From: Octopus sinensis
Taxonomy: Eukaryota
NCBI RefSeq assembly: GCF_006345805.1
Contig: NC_043007.1
Span: 10,478,001 to 10,542,000 of the forward strand
DNA: 64,000 nt
Reading direction: 5' to 3'
Shown one piece after another: positions 37,692-52,430 of this stretch. The position numbers and the translations under genes are program-made. Position 1 is the stretch's first letter, and every line of letters begins with the position of its first letter. The notes below the pieces were generated by a model. That model worked only from the letters and a program-made list of their open reading frames with translations. It did no database searches and was not told the DNA's origin.

Positions 37692-38625
37692 TGTATGTAT
37701 GTATGTATGTATGTATGTATGTATGTATGTATGTATGTATGTATGTATGTGTGTATGTATATATATATATATATATAATAATAATTGTATATATGTATAT
37801 ATATATGTATACATGTTTGTATATTTATCATAAACATATACGACGGGCTTCTTTCACTTTCCTTCTACCAAATCCACCCACAAGACTTTGGTCGGACCGA
37901 AGCTATAGTGCGATGTAGAGGGACTGAACCAGGAACCATGTGGTTCACATACACCCACACACAAACACATATACACACGGCCTCGCTTGGTTGGCCGGAG
38001 GTGGGGATTTAAATTTCAATTTTTTTTTCGTTCTCTGAATCCCTGCAATGCACCAAGCGTGTGTTACTTCCGTATCATCATTCCATAAAATGTGCTTAAA
38101 GGAAGAAACATATGGAAAAACATCAATACATGTGATAGTGACAAAGAAACGAGGATGTATTGGAAACAACAGCCAAATCGCCCTTAAATCACACACCTTC
38201 CCTTTTGAAAATATCTACATTCTTTTTTTTTTTAACGAAAAGGCTTATATCATGATTTTTCAGTGCGTAGTGCCAGAAAAATTGGCTAAGGAGGATGGGG
38301 CTGAAGTGAAGAAAAATCATGAATTTTCCAAAAAAATTTCATGAAAGCTCACCACCACCAACAACAACAACACATCACCTAGAAGGCCTGAGCGAAAAAT
38401 CAAATTCGAAAAATCCGTCAAAACAGAGAAAATTAGACATGTGGGCGTCCTGATCCGAAACTTTACCTCTATAATTTCTTCTCCTAAACAGCATGATTCG
38501 TAAATATATTGATTTTCATTTTTTTACCAACAAATTCAGACATCGAAAGTATATAGAGCAGAAAATTGCAGGCACAAAACGGTTCAAATATTTAGTTTTA
38601 AATATTATTGCTCGTTGATAAACCA

Positions 38626-39020
38626 TTTACTCTTTTACTTGTTTCAGTCATTTGACTGCGGCCATGCTGGAGCACCGCCTTCAGTCGAGCAAATCCACCC
38701 CGGCACTTATTCTTTGGAAGTCCAGTACTTATTCTATCGGTCACTTTTGCCAAACCGCTAAGTGACGGGGATGTACACACACCAGCATCGTTTGTCAAGC
38801 AATGCTAGGGGGACAAACACAGACACACAAACATACACATACATATATATATATATACACATATACGACAGGCTTCTTTCAGTTTCCGTCTACCAAATCC
38901 ACTCACAATGCATTGGTCGGCCCGGGACTATAGTAGAAGACACTTGCCCAAGATGCCACGCAGTGGGACTGAACCCGGAACCATGTGGTTGGTTAGCAAG
39001 CTACTTACCACACAGCCTCT
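38626..39020 (-). mobile_element. SINE family A
   Basis: Reverse complement of 32959-33368. Confidence 0.9.
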
Positions 39021-39169
39021 CCTTCTTGAAAAAATATATCTAAGGAGATAATGTTCTAAATTTTTTTTTATTATCTCCTACATAAAGAATGATAGTATAA
39101 GGTTGTGAGGCTAAATAATACTATGTATCTGGTTTAAAGTTATATCAATCATAGCGGGTGGGTCTCTTT

Positions 39170-39470
39170 AGTCTCCAGGCCACCAACACTTTTTAGCCAG
39201 TCCGCCACTGGGATTGACACTAGAAAGTTCCTCTTCGAGGCACAAGTCCGGACAAGGTTGTTTACGGAAGACCAGCAGTGGCCAATGCATACCAGCCTCT
39301 TCTCTCCACGCCACTGATGTTATCCAAAGGAAAGGCAAAGGCCGATACAGCTTGTCACCAATGACGTCGTAACTCATTCAGACAGCTGTGTGAATTGGAG
39401 CAACGTGAAATAAAGTGTCCGGGAACCGAACTCAATGCCTCCTAACTGCTAACCCGACGCTTGCGCCTTC
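39170..39470 (-). mobile_element. SINE, D-like head with another tail (F)
   Basis: CACTTTATTTCACGTTGCTCCA block shared with family D; unrelated 3' part. Confidence 0.6.
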
Positions 39471-39526
39471 AATATATATATATATATATATATTGTTTAT
39501 TTAAAGGTCACAATACATGTATTAAA

Positions 39527-39580
39527 GCGCTACAAATAGTTTCATATTTTGAGAAAATTCAAACATATTCCTCAGTCGCA
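39527..39580 (-). ncRNA. Type I hammerhead ribozyme core
   Basis: gcga-CTGAGGA-atat[tttga..tcaaa]atat-GAAA-C TATTT GT-A|gcgc; lies within a 31-bp inverted repeat (39503-39533 / 39692-39722). Confidence 0.55.
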
Positions 39581-39904
39581 AACCACCTATCATAACGAAC
39601 TAAATATGTGGTGTGCGCCTGAAGATATATATTCGAGTTTTCTCGACATATGAACTTATTAGTAGCGCTTTAATACATGTAATAATTATTAGTAGCGCTT
39701 TAATACATGTATTGTGACCTTTGAATAAAGAATATTTATCTCTCACTAAATGGAATAGTTTTTTTGTTAAATTTCCTGTCACGGATCAGTACATCCTTAC
39801 TGGGGAGTCTTTCCGTACGATTTCGCTCTAGGACTTGTTAACATCAGCTATAATGCATAGTACCGTCCACCTCGATTAATATACCCATTCTGTTTACAAA
39901 TGTA

Positions 39905-40305
39905 TACTCTCTTTACTCTCTTTTACTTGTTTCAGTCATTTGACTGCGGCCATGCTGGAGCACCACCTTTAATCGAGCAACTCGACCCCGGGACTTATTC
40001 TTTGTAAGCCCAGTACTTATTCAATTAGTCTGTTTTTTGACGGGGACATAAACACACCAGCATCGGTTGTCAAGCAATGCTAGGGGGACAAACACAGACG
40101 CACAAACACAAACACATACATATTTATATATACATATATACGACGGGCTTCTTTCAGTTTCCATCTACCAAATCCACTCACAAGGCTTTGGTCGGCCCGA
40201 GGCTAGAGTAGAAGACACTTGCCCAAGGTGCCATGCACTGGGACTGAACCCGGAACCATGTGGTTGGTAAACAAGCTACTTACCACACAACAACTCCTGC
40301 GCCTA
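39905..40305 (-). mobile_element. SINE family A
   Basis: Reverse complement of 32959-33368. Confidence 0.9.
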
Positions 40306-40859
40306 TTTGATAGGATTTAAAAGAAACCTTTCTTCAATACAACAATTCGATCCCGAGATTCCATAAACCTCAAACTTTATTTGTAAACAAAGAATGACGA
40401 GCTGTCAGTGACTAACTACTTTTTCTTTATTGTCGTTAACCCATACCTTCGCTTTTTCTTGGAAACTTTCTTTCTTTTTCTTTTTTTCTTTTGTTTATTT
40501 CACACCTCCGCATTTGCTACAACTCTGCAGTACTAAAACCATTATATCCTTATATGAACATGTACATATATATCTGATCTCTTTATGTGTGAGCATGCAT
40601 GAATGCATGTATGTGAAACTATATGTCTGAGTGCTTGTGTGTGTGTGTGTGTGTGTGCGTGTATGTGTGTGTGTACGTGTGGGTGTGTCTGTAGCTATTT
40701 ATGAGATACTCTTCAAAAATTCCTTAGCCCAAAGTTCCAGTTCAAAACAAACTACATTATCTGCTTAGATCATATTAATTTCTTCTTTCCCTTTTTCTCT
40801 GAATTCATTTTGTCGCTATTTGTACATATTTACATGCATGTTGTTTATGTGACTGCGAA

Positions 40860-40984
40860 TGTGAGTTCAGTCCCAGTGCGTGGCACCTTGGGCAAGTGTC
40901 TTCTACTCTAGCCTCGGGCCGACCAAAGCCTTGTGAGTGGATTTGGTAGACGGAAACTGAAAGAAGCCTGTCGTATATATGTAT

Positions 40985-41017
<33 letters not shown>

Positions 41018-41249
41018 TATATAATATATATATATATATATATAATATGTATGTATGTTTGTATGTTTGTGTGTCTGTGTTTGTCCCCCTAGCATTGCTT
41101 GACATCCGATGCCGGTGTGTTTATGTCCTCGTCAAAAAACAGACCAATAGAATAAGTACTGGGCTTACAAAGCCAAGTTGCTCGATTAAAGGCGGTGCTC
41201 CAGCATGGCCGCATCAAATGACTGAAACAAGTAAAAGAGTAAAAAGAGT
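40860..41249 (+). mobile_element. SINE family A, 5' truncated
   Basis: Matches 32959-33368 from the B-box onward. Confidence 0.88.
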
Positions 41250-41462
41250 ATATATCTTCATGCATGATAAAATGCCAACACGCATTCACATACGTAAAGT
41301 ATACACGCGCACACACAGTGGTCTAGCATATTAAAAAAAAATATCCGAAGATTTAAAAATTATATTACAATTCATAAGAGGAATGACCACTAAAGTGGAT
41401 TCCTAATATGCTAAAGATAGACGTCAAATTGCCTTACACACACACACTCAAACACACAAACA

Positions 41463-41521
<59 letters not shown>

Positions 41522-41960
41522 CACACACACACACATGTACACACGCGTGCACTATACACACAGATATATACACATAGGTAGGGTATCGAATTAATGAAAG
41601 AGTCGGGAAAAGGAGATTATGACACACACACACTTAAACACACACACATACTTAGAAATGGATGCGTGCGTTCTGTCATATAATAAATTTATAAACAAAA
41701 TAAAACATATGCATATATACATACATATATGTACGTACCTACTGCTACATGCATATATACATGCATATATGGGTACAGGACACCAAAAAAAAAACGTCGA
41801 ACACAATGAGAAACGAAAACATAAACACAAAACCAAGGAAATGGACATTTTTCTTAAACGACGAAAAAATAGAGTATATATATTTCAAAATGTGACCTCG
41901 TGTGTACCGTTGGCGATTTTTTTCCTCTGTTTTCCCTTCTCTGGATCTTTCCTTCTCCTA

Positions 41961-41996
41961 TGTTTCCGACGAAGAGCTCCGCTCGAAACGTTAAAC
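41961..41996 (+). ncRNA. Minimal hammerhead relic (U4C)
   Basis: gttt-CCGACGA-a gagc tcc gctc-GAAA-CG T T|aaac; sister copy at 46416-46452 has intact CTGACGA. Confidence 0.5.
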
Positions 41997-42091
41997 CCTC
42001 CTTCTTCCCTTCTTTCTTGAGCGTCCAATAATACTATATTTGTTCCACGTCCTCAAGTTGTTGTGTTTTTTTTGTTTTCTTCTTTGGATTA

Positions 42092-42133
<42 letters not shown>

Positions 42134-42377
42134 ATCACGTGATCACGTGACCGACCAGACCATCAGATGTTTTACACATCGCTGGTCACAATGCGTTCGC
42201 ACTGTTTTAGCCTTCAAATGATGCCACCCCGCTGGCTAAGCGAGCAGGCCAACATAAGAAAGAGAGAAAGAGTGGTGAAAGAGTACAGCAGGGATCACCA
42301 GGATAAGGATATTACTTTATCACTGTTCAAAAATTTCTGAACCTAAAACTTTGGTTCCACCATGTATAAAAGAATAT

Positions 42378-42612
42378 ATATTTCTTTATTACCCACAGGG
42401 GGCTAAACGAAGAGGAGACAAACAAGGACAGGTACAGGGTTTAAGTCGATTACATCGACCCCAATGCGTAACTGGTGCTTATTTAAACGACCCCGAAAGG
42501 ATGAAAGACAAAGTCAAACTTGGCGGAATTTGAACTCAGAACGTAACGGTAGACGAAATGCCGCTAAACATGTCACCCGGCGTGCTAACGTTTCTGCCAG
42601 CTCGCCGCCTTA
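42378..42612 (-). mobile_element. SINE family B
   Basis: Reverse complement of 24533-24766. Confidence 0.88.
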
Positions 42613-42808
42613 CGTATAAAAGAATATAATTACTCGGTTCTAAAGCAGTGACAAAGATTGACTGTACAGCAAAAGACAAAAAATGAAAGAAGACAAGCAT
42701 TGTTCTATCATTTCCGTAGAAAAATCCAGATTTTATATTTCTGTATACATGAAGAGAATGAAGGAAGTTATCAGCAAATTCAAACTTATTTTGTTATCAT
42801 TATATATA

Positions 42809-42854
<46 letters not shown>

Positions 42855-43057
42855 ATTTTATTTAATTTATATAAAATTTTTTATGTATTGGATTAAGTCT
42901 TTCTTTGTTTGATTTGCATAATAGTGGTTTTGTCTCTAATTAATATTATATATATATATAACGGGAAGGTTTACGAAAATAAACAAAAGACGGAGGCAGG
43001 TGGAGTACAAACAAACAAATGTATTAGTATAGTGCTCAGGAATAGAAATAGAACAAG

Positions 43058-43095
43058 TCTTTTACGTTTCGAGCATACGCTCTTCGACAGAAAGA
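43058..43095 (-). ncRNA. Minimal hammerhead relic (A6U)
   Basis: tcttt-CTGTCGA-a gagc gtat gctc-GAAA-CG T A|aaaga. Confidence 0.5.
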
Positions 43096-43908
43096 TACAC
43101 AGAAAAAAACAAGGAGAGAAACAAGGAGAGAAAAAAATGCGTGTAGGAGCTAACGATCTATCATGGCGTCCTGACTTCGGACAGTGGTCAGACGCGAGAA
43201 GGACAGTAGGGGAGATAACAGGGTCAAGTGACTTCCAAAACGAATGAGATAAAAATCCAAGGCTGTGAAAGATTTCCGAGCATTTATAAAGAGAAGGTCT
43301 TACAGTTGTTTCGGGATATTTTATATATCCCTTCATTGGAGACGGTGCGAGAAAATAGTTAAGCAATACTTATTCTAGAGAAGATATGAAATAGAGAGTG
43401 AAGTGGATGAATGAAAACAGACGTGAGATATTCAAGGATATTTTATCTGCAGTTCCATTATGTAAGCAGAATGGTATACATATAAGTTTCCTACACCTTG
43501 TGTGTATGTTCCAATAGTATTTTCTTTTGCGCCAAAAACAGAGCACACGGTGCAAATTTCGCTTCGTTCAAATTTACAATTCATAGCTTCATTGTTGATT
43601 CTAAAATGAGCCATTGTCATCATTTTCATCATTTTCATTTCTATGCTGGCATGGGTTGGACGAAATTTATTGCGGCAGAATTTCTATGGCCCGATGCTGC
43701 CAACTCTCCATGACTAATATTGAAATCAAACGATACCGCTAGTACGACAGATATACTTGTTTACAAATATTTATGCAATGTCAGACATTGGTGCCGGGTG
43801 AAGAGCCAAATCCCAAACTGAAGTGGTGATTAGGTTGTAGAGTGGGTTAGAGAGATAGACAGACAGACAGACAGACTGACAGACAGACAGACAGACATAC
43901 AGACAGAC

Positions 43909-43979
<71 letters not shown>

Positions 43980-44527
43980 CAGGCTCAGTAGAAGATCCCA
44001 CATTTCAATTAACAAGGGGCATCAAAGCACAGAAGAGGCTATTACGTGGAACATGACTCATTTAATCGTATAAATAGAATAGAGAAAACATATTTGGAAT
44101 TTGTTGTTTAACACTGAGAAGGTGAATTAATAAGATAAAAATGTTGAACAAGCACTTATGTAATCCGTGAGGTTAACTTGCTGAGATGCATGCGTAAATA
44201 TACATGCATACACACGCGCGCGTACGCACACATAACACATAAAAAGATACAAACATACATGCATATACTTACACACACACACACACGTGTGTATGTGTGT
44301 TCATGTCTACGTACGTAAATGTCGAACGATGAAATTGAGCGCCCAATACCTACATATGAAAATACCTGTATATATATATATATATACAAACTTACTTGGA
44401 GAAGAGAAACGAAGAGAAACGACGCGTGCGTTCGGTCATATAATAAAAAATATAATAAATAAATAAAATATATGCATATATACATACATATATGTACATA
44501 ATTACATCTACATGTATATATACAAGC

Positions 44528-44558
<31 letters not shown>

Positions 44559-44984
44559 TATATGAGTACAGGACACCACAAATAAACGCAGACCACAACG
44601 AGAAACGAAAACAAAATCAAACAAGGAAACGGACTTTTTTTTAACAACGAAAAAACAGAGTACAGGACAAACAATACAAGGAAAATTCCCCTTCATCAGC
44701 TGCCCCTGGTTCGGCTCAATGCGTGTTTCGAAGGTAATGACAGAACACGGCCAGGCCGAAGCAGTCCTTCTTGCGAAAGGAATTAAATAAAATTCTTTTG
44801 CAGAGGGGTAAAACAAGTGACAAGAACAGGACGTAAAGGCAATACAAATGAAGAAAAGACAGTAGAAAAAATAGTACAAATAAGGAATAACTGGACAGAG
44901 AACCAACAAGAAGGGCTTTTTTAGGCCTATACCGTGGAAAAATTAGTTAGAACGCATGTGAAAAATCGGCTTGCGAAAGACATA

Positions 44985-46141
44985 CAGAGGCTGGACAAAA
45001 TAATGGAAACACCTAGCATCATAGCATCATGATTTTGAAACATCTAAAGAACCGTCAAAAGCTTATTTATTTTTTGTTTTTTTATTTATTATTAGTGCTA
45101 CTTAATGTTTTGCAACAATTGCTGTTTCTTTTCAGATATCATCAGAAAAGGATAATTATAATTCATTAAAATGACAAATCTATTGGACTTTCAATAAGAT
45201 CAAATTGTTCGTGTTTGTATGGCAGACGCTAGCGTAACGAAAACAGCTGAAATGTTTGGGGCATCAAAAAGTAATATCACGAAAGTAATGACAGCCTTTG
45301 AGAAAGAGGGTAAAACCTCCTCAGAGAAACAAAACTCCGGAAGAAAACCATAACTTTCAGATAGGGACCGACGAACTCTTACGGGAATTGTTAGAAAAGA
45401 TCACGAAAGTACAGCTCCCCAAATTACTGCAAAGCTTAATGACCACCTCGAGAACTCAGTTTTCACAAAATCTGTTCGTCGGGAGCTGCACAAAGCCAGA
45501 TTTCACAGGAAGGATGCAATCAGAAAACCACTACTTTCAAAAACAAACGTTGCAAAGTGTTTAGAGTGTACTAAAACCTACAGAATTGCTCCCTAGAGCA
45601 TTGGAAGAATACTATTTTCTCGGACGATTCATCCTTTACCTTATTTCCGACCACCGGCCGAGTATACGTATGGAGACAGCCAATTCATGGCAGAATTAAT
45701 AGTCAAGACTATTAAAGCATTTTATCTGATCAAAATCATCCATTGATTGCGGAATTGTTTCCAGAGAGAAACACAATCTTTCACGATGATTATGTACCAT
45801 TTCACACAGCTAAAGTTGTTACTGAATGGCACGAGACACATTCTAGTGAAATTGAACATCTTATCTGGGCACAACAGTCCTCAAATCTCAATATTATTGA
45901 ACATTTATGGAGCACTTTAGAATAACAAGTAAGGAGCTGATATCATCCACCATCATCACTACAAGAACTGGAGACTATTTTAGCTGAAGAATGGACAAAA
46001 TTTTCTTTAGAACAATTCAAACTTTGTATGAGACCATACCTCGTAGAATTCAAGCTGTAATTACTACCAAAGACGGTCCTACCCCATATTAAAATAAATT
46101 TGTTTGAAATGTTATGGTGTTTCCATTATTTTATCCAACCC

Positions 46142-46144
<3 letters not shown>
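44985..46144 (+). mobile_element. Tc1-like element, decayed, with internal deletion
   Basis: TIRs (GGACAAAATAATGGAAACACC), TA TSD, IFHDDYVP...NIIE; same family as 50443-51724. Confidence 0.9.
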
Positions 46145-46238
<94 letters not shown>

Positions 46239-46247
46239 ATATATATA

Positions 46248-46302
<55 letters not shown>

Positions 46303-46553
46303 GAGGGGTTGGAGAAAATAATGGAAACACCATAGCATTTCAAAATGTGACCGCGTGTGTACCGTTGGCGATTTTTTTCCTCCGTCTTCCCTTCTCTGGA
46401 TCTTTCCTTTTCCTATGTTTCTGACGAAGAGCTCCGCTCGAAATGTAAAAACCCTCCTTCTTCCCTTCCTTCCTGAGCGTCCAATAATACTATATTTGTT
46501 CCACGTCCTCGCGTTGTTGTGTTTTCTCTTTGTTTTCATGTTTGGATTAACTT

Positions 46554-46597
<44 letters not shown>

Positions 46598-46608
46598 TAT
46601 ATATATAT

Positions 46609-47165
46609 AACGTCTTATCAATAAGTATCCGGACAGGTGTCAGAGTAACGAAGCTAAAATACGCAGAGTAAGGCCGCTTAGCAAAGATTGAGCTTTAACT
46701 CTGTTATGCATGTGCTCTAAGTTTTAACGTTCTAGCGCACTTCCGCTGTTTACAGCAGTGCTTCGATGGAAGGTGTGTAGCGTGTGATCGTTGCATTGAC
46801 CATGATAGAGAAAGTTATCATGGCGACACTTGCTCAGAGACCTACGCAAAGTTGCAGAAAGTGTATGGATAGGAGTGTATGAGCCAAACACAAGTGTATG
46901 AGTGGCTCAGACGATTCCAATAAGGACTAATCAAATGTCGATATTGTCGAACGTTCTGGGGTACACACAACCAGTAGAACTGAGAAAAATATGGCAGATA
47001 TGCGTGCAGCTGTGAAGGGAAATCGTCGAATCACCATCTGTGGGTTTTCAGAGAATGTGCAGATTAGTTACGGTTCAGTTCAGTTCAGTTCAGTTCAGTT
47101 CAGTCCATTATCACTGAAGATTTGGGTATGACACGTGTCAGCCAAGTTTATGCTGAAACTGCTTT
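46609..47165 (+). mobile_element. Mariner 5' fragment
   Basis: KLQKVYG*ECMSQTQVYEWLRRF...RVSAKF, truncated by a SINE. Confidence 0.7.
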
Positions 47166-47300
47166 CGCCTTTAGTCGAACAAATCGACCCCTGGACTTAT
47201 TCTTTGTAGCCTGGAACTTATTCTCTCGACCTCTTATGCCGAACTGCTAAGTTACGGGGACGGAAAGACACCAGTATCGGCATCAAGCGATGGTGGGGGA

Positions 47301-47349
<49 letters not shown>

Positions 47350-47350
47350 C

Positions 47351-47381
<31 letters not shown>

Positions 47382-47582
47382 CATACATACATACATACAT
47401 ACATACATACATACATACATACATACATACATACGACGGTCTTCTTTCAATTTCCGTCTACCAAATCCAGTCACAAGGCTTTGGTCGCCCCGAGGTTATA
47501 GTAGAAGCCACTTGTCCAAGGTGTCACGCAGTGGGACTGAACCCGGAACCATGTGGCTGGGAAGGAAGCTTCTTACCACACC
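47166..47582 (-). mobile_element. SINE family A
   Basis: Reverse complement of 32959-33368. Confidence 0.88.
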
Positions 47583-47661
47583 GTCATTCCTGCTATGTGT
47601 GTATGCGCGCGTGGATGTCTGTTTTTATATTTATGTATTTATAGATCTATTAACGTATGTG

Positions 47662-47704
<43 letters not shown>

Positions 47705-47725
47705 ATATATATATATGTATGTATG

Positions 47726-47776
<51 letters not shown>

Positions 47777-47914
47777 TATATATATATATACATATATCTA
47801 TACATACATGCATACACGCATACATACATACATACATACATACATACATGCATACACGCATACATACATACATACATACATATATACACACCTATATACA
47901 TACAGGTATGATTA

Positions 47915-48900
47915 AAGATATACGTTTGCCAAGAGGTTAGCAAAGAAATCTGACATTCTACCCTCAAGGTCATAGGATAGACCATCCAACCCAGGCGGTT
48001 TATTCCTTGTGCAATCACTCAATACTTCTGGCATCTCACTCGCTGTTATTGACCTTCAAATGAGAGCTGTGACAGACCGTCAAGTTTGGCAGTAAAGTCC
48101 ATGACCTATCCCTAACCCTGAACAGTGGAGCTACAAAACCGCAGCATTCATATCCTGAGAACCAGATAGCACGCACCCATCCTGATCCATCAAACCTGAA
48201 TTGTGACTTCTTTTTCCATGTCGTGCATCCACCTTCAGAGCCCTTCGAACAGTTTTCGTGTTTTTGTTTTAGCATATAACAACGAAGCCTTCCTGTTATG
48301 TGTCGAAAAGTAATGTCGAAAGATATTTGGGCCTCTAGCATGTTTGTTGCGTTGCCCTTTCTAATTGCCTCTTCCAGTTAATTAACGCCAATCCATTCCC
48401 CTCCAACACTAATTCTTTACTAAACGTTATTAAATTGTATTTAATCATCTCCAGAGTTCCAGACTACCTTTTGCTAATTATTGCCCCTTTCAAATGTTGC
48501 TTAACTAACTTGCTGATCCAGTCTCTGTAGTCACATGGCACCGGGAAAGATGCGTTCCACTTTTAATATTTTGATCCCTGTCTATGTGTTGTATCTAATT
48601 CGTGTGGATCACAGATTTTTGATCTGTGTTGCCGACCAATTTAAAATGATGCTACATGTACTGCTCTTACTTCAATTCACACTTAGAATCACAGACTTAA
48701 CTCCTCCAGGAAGATTGTTTATATCGCTAAACCTAATTATTTCCAAAAGCACTGCTACTCTACCGCCGACATCCATCAGACCACAAGATACGTAAACCTC
48801 ATAGTTGTGAAACACGGAGCTGATTGCATGTGTTCTGTGTGTGGTCTACGGTCTTTTCCGGGAGGTGTCCTTTGATAGGCCCTTGTACTAATAACTTGCT
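47915..48900 (-). mobile_element. Tx1/L1-like ORF2 relic (APE to RT domain 0)
   Basis: GGRVAVL near 48770 and [12 protein letters not shown] near 47975-48010. Confidence 0.55.
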
Positions 48901-49424
48901 TACAGTTTTTATCTAAAATCCCCAAAATTCCCCGGAAATTGTGTCAAATGAAATTTGACACAAGAATTAATAACGCGTATTTAGTTATTTTTCAAATACT
49001 TTATCTTTTGTTGTTATTTCCGATTTAACGGAAGTATCCTCTCAGATTCTAGGTATTCGGTGGAGTGTATTCAACTTAACCAGTCGCCACTCTCACAAAA
49101 CTATCGTTAAACACTTTTTTAAAACAACACCTCCACTCTACACACGCGTGACTATTCAAGTCGTACTTGAAGAAATTAGTGAGAGAAAGGCAGAGAAGAA
49201 AATGTCTCCTCAAACTTTTCAGATGAGTCCATCATGCAAACTCTTTCACCACATTAATCAAAGAAAACCTAATAAAACAATAACAAGAACAATAATAATG
49301 AATTATGTATATCATTTTATTAATTACTTTACAACAATCATAATAATAATTATATATTCTATCTCTGTGGCAAACTAATACAAAGTCAATTTATTACGCT
49401 GTTGTTTTTGATGTTGTTCTTCTT

Positions 49425-49425
49425 G

Positions 49426-49484
<59 letters not shown>

Positions 49485-49674
49485 CATTATTATCATTATC
49501 ATCATCATCATCATCATCATCTTCATCATCATCATCATCATCATCATCTTCATCATCGTCATCATCATCATCATCATCATCATTCTTCTTCTTCTTCTTC
49601 TTCCTCTTCTTCCTCTTCTTCGTCTTCTTCCTCTTCTTCTTCTTCTTCTTCTCTTCTTCTTCTTCTTCTTCTTA

Positions 49675-49706
<32 letters not shown>

Positions 49707-49710
49707 GTAA
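49425..49710. repeat. Compound microsatellite (TTA)-(TCA)-(TTC)-(TTA)
   Basis: Directly visible. Confidence 0.95.
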
Positions 49711-50442
49711 TCAGTTCTTAAAATTTTGTTCTAATCACTTGCCCAGTGCCCTAGGGCAGAGAAACTCACTGTATACATTGATAGGGCATTAAAATAAACA
49801 CGCCAGACTGTTCGTTTACAACGTTTGTGTAAAAAAGGGAAGAAAAAGTGGAAAAGGGATAAAGAAAGAGAAAGGGAAGTAAAAAAAAATACATGGCTTG
49901 GAATTGTTCTCACAGTGACAACGCTCTTCTCAATACGAGTAAAACAATCTTTTTCAAATTTTGTATGGATGGTTGTTGGCATCCTTTTTTTCTCGGAAGA
50001 CAATGGAGTTGCGCATAGAATAGTCTAGTCCGGCTTTTACATTTCATATCCTGATACATTTCCTGCTGTGGCTGTGTAGTCCTATCCTGGACAAACACTC
50101 CCTCTGTGAAACTCTGAGTAACAGTTTTTGTGATAATTTTGCTGCTTTTTAATAAAGCATTTATTCGAGTACTATTTTTTCAACGTTGCTTCGCATTTGT
50201 GTGCTTACTCTGGTCCGATCAACAGAACAACCGATTCGTTAAACTAATGTGCAAGTGGCTGAGCACTGCACAGACACGCGTACCCTTAACGTAGTTGTTG
50301 TGTTTTCTCTTTGTGTTTTCATGTTTGGATTAACTATATATATATGTATATATGTATATGTGTGTGTGCATATATATACATACATACATACATACATACA
50401 TACATACATACATACATACATACATACATACATACATACATA

Positions 50443-51724
50443 CAAGTGTTGGACAAAATAATGGAAATACCTACAATCATAGCATCATAATTTTGAAATA
50501 TCTATAAAACCGTCAAAAGCTTGTTTATTTTTATGATTTTTGATTTATTATTAGGGTTGCTTAATCTGTTTTGCTAAAATTGCTGTTTCTTTTCAGATAT
50601 CATCAGCAAAAAGTTACTTAAAATTCATTAAAATGACAGATGTATCGGAATTTCAAGGAGGTCAAATTCTTGGTACTCGTATGACAGGCGCTAGCGTAAC
50701 GAAAACAGTCGAAATGTTTGATGTATCCAGAAGTACTGTCTAAAAAGTAATGACAGCCTTTGAGAAAGAGGAAAAAAACCTCCTCATAGAAACAAAACTC
50801 CGGAAGAAAGCCAAAACTTTCAGATAGGGACCGTTGGCCTCTTACACGAATTGTTAGAAAGGATTACAAAAGTACAGTTCCCAAAATTACTGCAGAGTTT
50901 AATGAGCACCTTGAGAACCCAGTTTCCACAAAATCTGTTCGCCGTGAGCTGCACAAAACTGGATTTCACGTGAGTGCTGCAAACAGAAAACGACAACTTT
51001 CAAAAACAAACGTTGCAAAGTGTTTAGAATGTAGTAAAAGCCTACAGAATTGGTCCCTAGAGCAGTGGAAGAATGTTATTTTCTCGGACTAGTCATTCTT
51101 TACTATATTTCCGACCACCAGCCGAGTAAATGTGTGAAGACAGCAAAAAGAAGCATTTGACCAAGATTGTATTCTTCCAACTGTTAAACATGGAGGATGA
51201 TCTGTGATAATCTGGGGGGGGGGAGCTACGTCTTGGAAATCCGCCTGCCCAATGGATTCCCTTCATGGCAAAATTAATAGTCAAGACTATTTAAGCATTT
51301 TATCTGATCAAATTCATTCTATGTTTGCGGAACTGTTTCCAGGGGGAAACGCAATCTTTCACGATGATAATGTACCACTTCACACAATTAAAGTTGTTAC
51401 TGAATGGCACGAGGAATATTATAGAGAAGTTGAACATCTTATCTGGGCACAACAGTCTCCAGATTTCAATATTATTGAAAAACTTATGGTGCATTTTAGA
51501 ATAACAGGTAAGAAGTCCATATCCTCCACAATCATCACTACATGAAGTGAAGACTGTTTTAGCTGAAGGATGTACAAAAATTCCTTTGGAAGCAATTCAA
51601 ACTTTGTACGAGTCCATACCTCATTGAGTTCAAGCTGTAATTACTGCCAAAGGCGGTCCTACCCCATATTAAAATTAATTTGCTTGAAATGTTATGGTGT
51701 TTCCATTATTTTGTCCAACCCCCA
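50443..51724 (+). mobile_element. Near full-length Tc1-like element, pseudogenised
   Basis: TIRs; ATG at 50633; VIFSD, IFHDDNVP and SPDFNIIE (DD34E-type); stops and frameshifts. Confidence 0.9.
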
Positions 51725-51756
51725 TACATACATACATACATACATACATACATACA

Positions 51757-51889
<133 letters not shown>

Positions 51890-52378
51890 TGTATGTATAC
51901 TAAATTTAAACGATATTAAAGGGTACGAATTGACCACACAAATACGCTAGAAATAGCGATGGTCAATCCGCACCCTTTAACATAGTGATTTGTATAATTA
52001 TAAATTTAGTATAAAATGTTACCTACAAGGTTTTTTCTTTCATGCTGACCACTTGATAAAATCATTAAAATGAGCTGCATACGGATCGGACTGTTTACAA
52101 CATATCTTTGTACCATCAAATACTGGACATTAAATTCTTTGAATATTAATTTATTTGCAAATGGATCGCTAAATTATCAAATATATCTTTTAATTGACTT
52201 ATATAAAATACATTTTTGTTACATAATTTCATCCTTGAACGTTAATTCACTGATTTTACAATTTTGTTGTTGCGCTCAGACGTTCACTCCTTTTTACACC
52301 CAGGAATTTACCTGATCGTAACAATGCATATACATAAACATACATACATACATACATAAACATACATACATACATACA

Positions 52379-52430
<52 letters not shown>

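Noticed and set aside
37960-38600. Unclassified repeat-like segment with an end resembling 2620-2680
   Set aside because: No second terminus, TSD or coding motif could be established.
44690-44760. Additional hammerhead-like half motifs (also near 3690, 6400-6450, 11225, 31390, 36075, 58310)
   Set aside because: One core or the stems are missing or out of order, so they are not counted as ribozymes.
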